In this document: positions 60,656-64,000 of the stretch, piece by piece
Layout of the letters: each line of letters opens with the position of its first letter
How positions within the stretch are numbered: position 1 is the first letter of the stretch
Source: Candidatus Eiseniibacteriota bacterium
GTDB lineage: Bacteria > Eisenbacteria > RBG-16-71-46 > CAVPCR01
Direction: 5' to 3'
NCBI GenBank assembly: GCA_963702435.1
Contig: CAVPCR010000002.1
Coordinates: 384,001 to 448,000, forward strand
DNA length: 64,000 bases
Program-made: the position numbers and the translations under genes
Notes under the pieces: model-generated
The model's input: only the letters and a program-made list of their open reading frames with translations
What the model was told of the DNA's origin: nothing
The model's database searches: none

Positions 60656-61248
60656 GACGGCGACACCGCCGCCCGGTACAGACCGTGCTCGCGGATGTAC
60701 TCGCGCACGGGCTCCGGGACGAGGTAGCGGATCGAGCGGCCCGCCGCGACGCGCGCCCGGATCTCGCGCGAGGAGATGTCGAGCCGCGGCGCCGCGATGA
60801 ACGTGACGCGGGCGACGAGGTCGGCCGGGGCCCGCCCGAGATCGACCCCGGGGCGCTCGACGACGAGCACCCGTGCCTCGCTGACGAGCGCTTCGGGCTC
60901 GCGCCAGGTGCCGAGCTCGACCAGGCTGTCGGCGCCGAGGATCAAGGCCACGTCGCGCTCCCCCGCGGCCTTGAGCCGGCGCACGGTGTCGATCGTGAAC
61001 GACGGCCCCTGCGCCGACTCGAGCTCGAGCCGCGAGACGGAGAAGCGCGGGTTTCCGGCGATCGCGAGCTCGACCATGGCCAGCCGATCGGCGGCCGGCG
61101 TGAGCGGCCGGCCCTCCTTGTGCGGAGGCCGGCCGGCCGGGACGAAGAAGACCGTCGCGAGCCCCGCCGCCTCGGCCACGTGGTCGGCGACCGCGAGATG
61201 ACCCAGGTGGATGGGATCGAAGGTGCCGCCGTAGAGCGCAGCCGTCAC
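60652..61248 (-). CDS. nadD: Nicotinate-nucleotide adenylyltransferase
   Basis: GGTFDPIHLGH, PPHK, GADS, W, ISSREIR, YI..HGLY. Confidence 0.96.
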   Translation of the reverse strand: MTAALYGGTFDPIHLGHLAVADHVAEAAGLATVFFVPAGRPPHKEGRPLTPAADRLAMVELAIAGNPRFSVSRLELESAQGPSFTIDTVRRLKAAGERDVALILGADSLVELGTWREPEALVSEARVLVVERPGVDLGRAPADLVARVTFIAAPRLDISSREIRARVAAGRSIRYLVPEPVREYIREHGLYRAAVSPS

Positions 61249-61285
61249 CGGGAGAGCTCTCCCGCGCTCTCGCGCCTGCCGCCGT

Positions 61286-62086
61286 TCACGATCCCTCTCC
61301 GCCGAGCTTGCGTGCGAGCTCGTCGAGGCCCGGCTCCTCCGGGCAGTTCTCCCGGAGCCACTCGATCTCTGTCCGCGCCTCGTCACGGCGGAGCACGCGA
61401 TAGAGAAGCTCGGCCTTCAGGCGCCGGGACGGGCACACCCACCGGGTGTCCCCGTACTCCTCGACCACGAGGTTGCAGTAGATGATGGCGGACTCGCTCT
61501 GTCCAAGCCGCTTGTAGAGCTCGGCGGTGCGGAACCGTTTCTCGGCCAGCCGATCGCGCGCGAGCCCGAGCAGCGAATCGGCGGTGGCCGCCCGCGGGTG
61601 GTCGGGACAGCGGCCGCGATAGCGATGGAGCTGCTCCACCGCATCGATCGTCTGCTCCTGGTCGTAGACCGCCGCCTTCGAGTCCCGCCAGTAGCAGTAG
61701 CCGAGGTCGAACTCCGCGTCACAGGCATAGCGGCTGTCGGGGAAATCGCGCACCAGGCGCTCGAACTCGGTCGCGGCCAGGATCCAGTCCTTCTGTCCCA
61801 TGTAGGACTGGCCGAGGAAGTAGATGGCCTGGTCGACGAGCACGCTCCCCGGATGCTTGTCGAGGAACGCGGTCAGCTGCTGCACCGCGTCGTAGTAGTT
61901 CCCCTCATCGCATTCCTGCTTCGCCAGGGCGAACTCCTCCTCGGGCGTCTCCGGAGGCTTGGTCCCGCGCGCGTAGGCGCAGCCCAGACCGAGCAACGCG
62001 ACGACGAGGGCGCGCGCCGCCAGACACGACGCGCGGCCGCGCCGACGCTCCACTGCTTCTCCTCCGCGCCTGCCGAGGGAGTCCAA
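61286..62086 (-). CDS. bamD: Outer membrane protein assembly factor BamD (lipoprotein, TPR)
   Basis: Lipobox LGLGC; TPRs; FERLV..FP.S, YDQ..T, RLAEK. Start uncertain. Confidence 0.88.
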   Translation of the reverse strand: MDSLGRRGGEAVERRRGRASCLAARALVVALLGLGCAYARGTKPPETPEEEFALAKQECDEGNYYDAVQQLTAFLDKHPGSVLVDQAIYFLGQSYMGQKDWILAATEFERLVRDFPDSRYACDAEFDLGYCYWRDSKAAVYDQEQTIDAVEQLHRYRGRCPDHPRAATADSLLGLARDRLAEKRFRTAELYKRLGQSESAIIYCNLVVEEYGDTRWVCPSRRLKAELLYRVLRRDEARTEIEWLRENCPEEPGLDELARKLGGEGS

Positions 62087-62124
62087 ACCCGCGAATGCCT
62101 CCGGCCGCTCGAGTTCTCTCGCGC

Positions 62125-63102
62125 TCAGCTCTTGTTGGAGACGAACAGGAACACGAGTCCGACCACGATGGCCGACACGATGAGCGGCTCGACCCAGCGG
62201 CTCGCCCCCTGCGCCGGCAGCGCGGGCGCGGTGAACGGGTAGCGTTGCCCTTCGAGGATGGCTAGATCGTCCTTCGACACCTCGTCGATCACCTTCGCCT
62301 CCGCGCCCCCCGACCAGCGGACGACGGGATCGTCGGGCCCGCGGAGCTCGGCGTGGAGGCTGGTCAGGGCATAGCGTTCGACCTTCGTGTCACCGAAGAG
62401 CGGAAAGGAGCGATGCGTGTCGGTGTACCGGAGTCCGAGCTCGACGACGCGGAGATCGAGCTCCGCATCCACCGGCACGATCTCCGCCTTCGATTTCTCG
62501 GGCGGCGCGGCGCCGCCCCCGGCCGCGCTCGTCGCCTCCTCGGCGGCGCCCGCGGCGCTCCCCGCCTCGCCCGCGCCCGCGATCGAGTCGGCCGGCGCGG
62601 CGCCGGCAACGAGAGCGCCCGCCGTGTCCGGCGGGGCCATGCCCTGGGCCGCCTGGATCGCGGCCCCCGCCGCCGCTGCTCCAGAGGGCGGACCGCTCGG
62701 CGGCGGCGCGCCCTGCGCCGCGGCGGCCGCCTGTGGCGCCGCCGCCGCCGGCGGCGCCGCGCCCGGGGTGAGCGGCACCTGCACCACCTCGCAGCCCCGC
62801 GCGCGGAGCGTCTTCCCGACGAGGTCCTGCACGAGCCACCCCGCCTCGTGATACGGCTCGACCCGGACGCGGACCCGCTTCCCGGTGGGCGGCAGGTCGG
62901 ACATCATCTTGCGCACCGCATCCTCGGTGACCCGGCGCACGAGCTCGACATTCAAGAGCTGGTCGGTCTCCTCCGCGCGCGGCGCGGCGACGAACGCGGC
63001 CGCGAGAAAGAGCCCGGCGGCGAGCACGAGACCGGCAAGAGCGCGCCCGTGCCGGCGCCCGAGGGACAGAACAGAGCGTTGTCTCCGCGCCATGGACTTC
63101 AT
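62125..63102 (-). CDS. Conserved hypothetical exported/membrane protein with low-complexity insert
   Basis: ATGA overlap with rimO. N-terminal signal/TM, Ala/Pro/Gly-rich middle, C-terminal TM WVEPLIVSAIVVGLVFLF. Confidence 0.75.
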   Translation of the reverse strand: MKSMARRQRSVLSLGRRHGRALAGLVLAAGLFLAAAFVAAPRAEETDQLLNVELVRRVTEDAVRKMMSDLPPTGKRVRVRVEPYHEAGWLVQDLVGKTLRARGCEVVQVPLTPGAAPPAAAAPQAAAAAQGAPPPSGPPSGAAAAGAAIQAAQGMAPPDTAGALVAGAAPADSIAGAGEAGSAAGAAEEATSAAGGGAAPPEKSKAEIVPVDAELDLRVVELGLRYTDTHRSFPLFGDTKVERYALTSLHAELRGPDDPVVRWSGGAEAKVIDEVSKDDLAILEGQRYPFTAPALPAQGASRWVEPLIVSAIVVGLVFLFVSNKS

Positions 63103-64000
63103 TCTCCCGGCTCGACCACCACGGCCGCGAGATCCCGCGCTCCGGCCGCCGTCACGCGCACGCGGAGGAGGGCTCCCGGCGGGCCCGCTTCGCCCTCGAT
63201 CCACACCTGGCCATCGATCTCCGGCGCGTCCCACGCCGAGCGCGCAGGCGTCCGCCCTTCCGACGCCGGGCCGTCCACGAGCACCTCGATCGTCCGGCCC
63301 ACCTGCGCGGCATGGAGCTCGAGCGCCACGCGCCGCGCGGCCTCCTCGACGCGCGCGAGGCGCGCCCGCGCGACCGCGGGCGGCACCTGATCCGGGGCGT
63401 CGCCGGCCGGAGTGCCCTCCTCGCGCGAGTAGGCGAAGCATCCGACCCGCTCGAAGCGGTACTCCCGGATCACGTCGATCAGCTCCTCGACATCGGCCTC
63501 GGTCTCGCCCGGGTGACCGAGGATGAAGGTGGTGCGCACGGCAATACCCGGCACGCGCCGCCGGAGTTCGGCGAGGACGTCCCGCTGGCGCCGCGCCGAG
63601 AGGCCGCGATTCATGCGCCGGAGCATGCGCTCGCTCACGTGCTGGACGGGAAGGTCGACGTAGGGCACGACCTTCTCGAGGCGCGCCATCGTGTCCATGA
63701 GCTCCGTCGTCCACAGCGCCGGATACGTGTAGAGGAGACGGATCCAGGCGAGGCCCGGGATGCGATCGAGCTCCGCGAGGAGGCGCCCGAGCTCGGCCCG
63801 CCCGCCGGGGAGATCGGTCCCGTAGCCGGTCGTGTCCTGGGAGATGAGGCAGAGCTCGCGCACGCCGGCCGCGGCGAGGCGCTCGGCCTCGGCGCGGAGG
63901 TCTTCGACCGGGCGGCTCCGGAGCGGACCGCGGAGCGCCGGGATGATGCAGAACGCGCAGCGGTGGTCGCAGCCCTCGCTGATCTTCAGGTACGCCATGT
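63099..64000 (-). CDS. rimO: Ribosomal protein S12 methylthiotransferase RimO (5'-truncated)
   Basis: AYLKISEGCDHRCAFCIIP radical-SAM motif, SQDTT.YG, RLLYTYP, DAPEIDG TRAM region. Confidence 0.95.
   Translation of the reverse strand, partial: MAYLKISEGCDHRCAFCIIPALRGPLRSRPVEDLRAEAERLAAAGVRELCLISQDTTGYGTDLPGGRAELGRLLAELDRIPGLAWIRLLYTYPALWTTELMDTMARLEKVVPYVDLPVQHVSERMLRRMNRGLSARRQRDVLAELRRRVPGIAVRTTFILGHPGETEADVEELIDVIREYRFERVGCFAYSREEGTPAGDAPDQVPPAVARARLARVEEAARRVALELHAAQVGRTIEVLVDGPASEGRTPARSAWDAPEIDGQVWIEGEAGPPGALLRVRVTAAGARDLAAVVVEPGE

Overview
A very GC-rich bacterial chromosomal window. T9SS/FlgD-like C-terminal domains, a PorV/PorQ-type barrel and a GWxTD protein suggest an FCB-group organism such as Ca. 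Eisenbacteria or a relative (inference only). Contents in order: tamB-tamA; an AspT/YidE transporter facing an MscS-DcaP-membrane protein operon; a secreted S8 protease with a tandem ~200-aa duplication; a multiply frameshifted acyl-CoA dehydratase activase locus (probably read errors); a ~9 kb signalling cluster (membrane FHA protein, HEAT-repeat Ser/Thr kinase coupled to two orphan PilT ATPases, GAF-HD-GYP, and a membrane HD-GYP-PP2C fusion whose HD-GYP looks catalytically degenerate); a Leu dehydrogenase; a glycosylation cluster; tRNA-Leu(GAG)-secG-tpiA-pgk; a 13.5 kb minus-strand outer-membrane locus (heme-type lipoprotein + lipoprotein + two barrels, then TonB receptor + CTD-bearing protein + PorV-like barrel + GWxTD protein); corA, mscS and a GT-C/TPR protein; and a housekeeping run rimO-hyp-bamD-nadD-coaE-prfB (programmed frameshift)-phosphosugar mutase. 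No CRISPR array, rRNA, transposase or integrase was seen. The best candidates for undescribed systems are the kinase/phosphatase/cyclic-dinucleotide/PilT module (19.5-28.6 kb) and the TBDR-cargo-PorV-GWxTD and heme-lipoprotein/barrel operons (38.7-52.2 kb). All calls come from motif recognition by eye; no searches were run.
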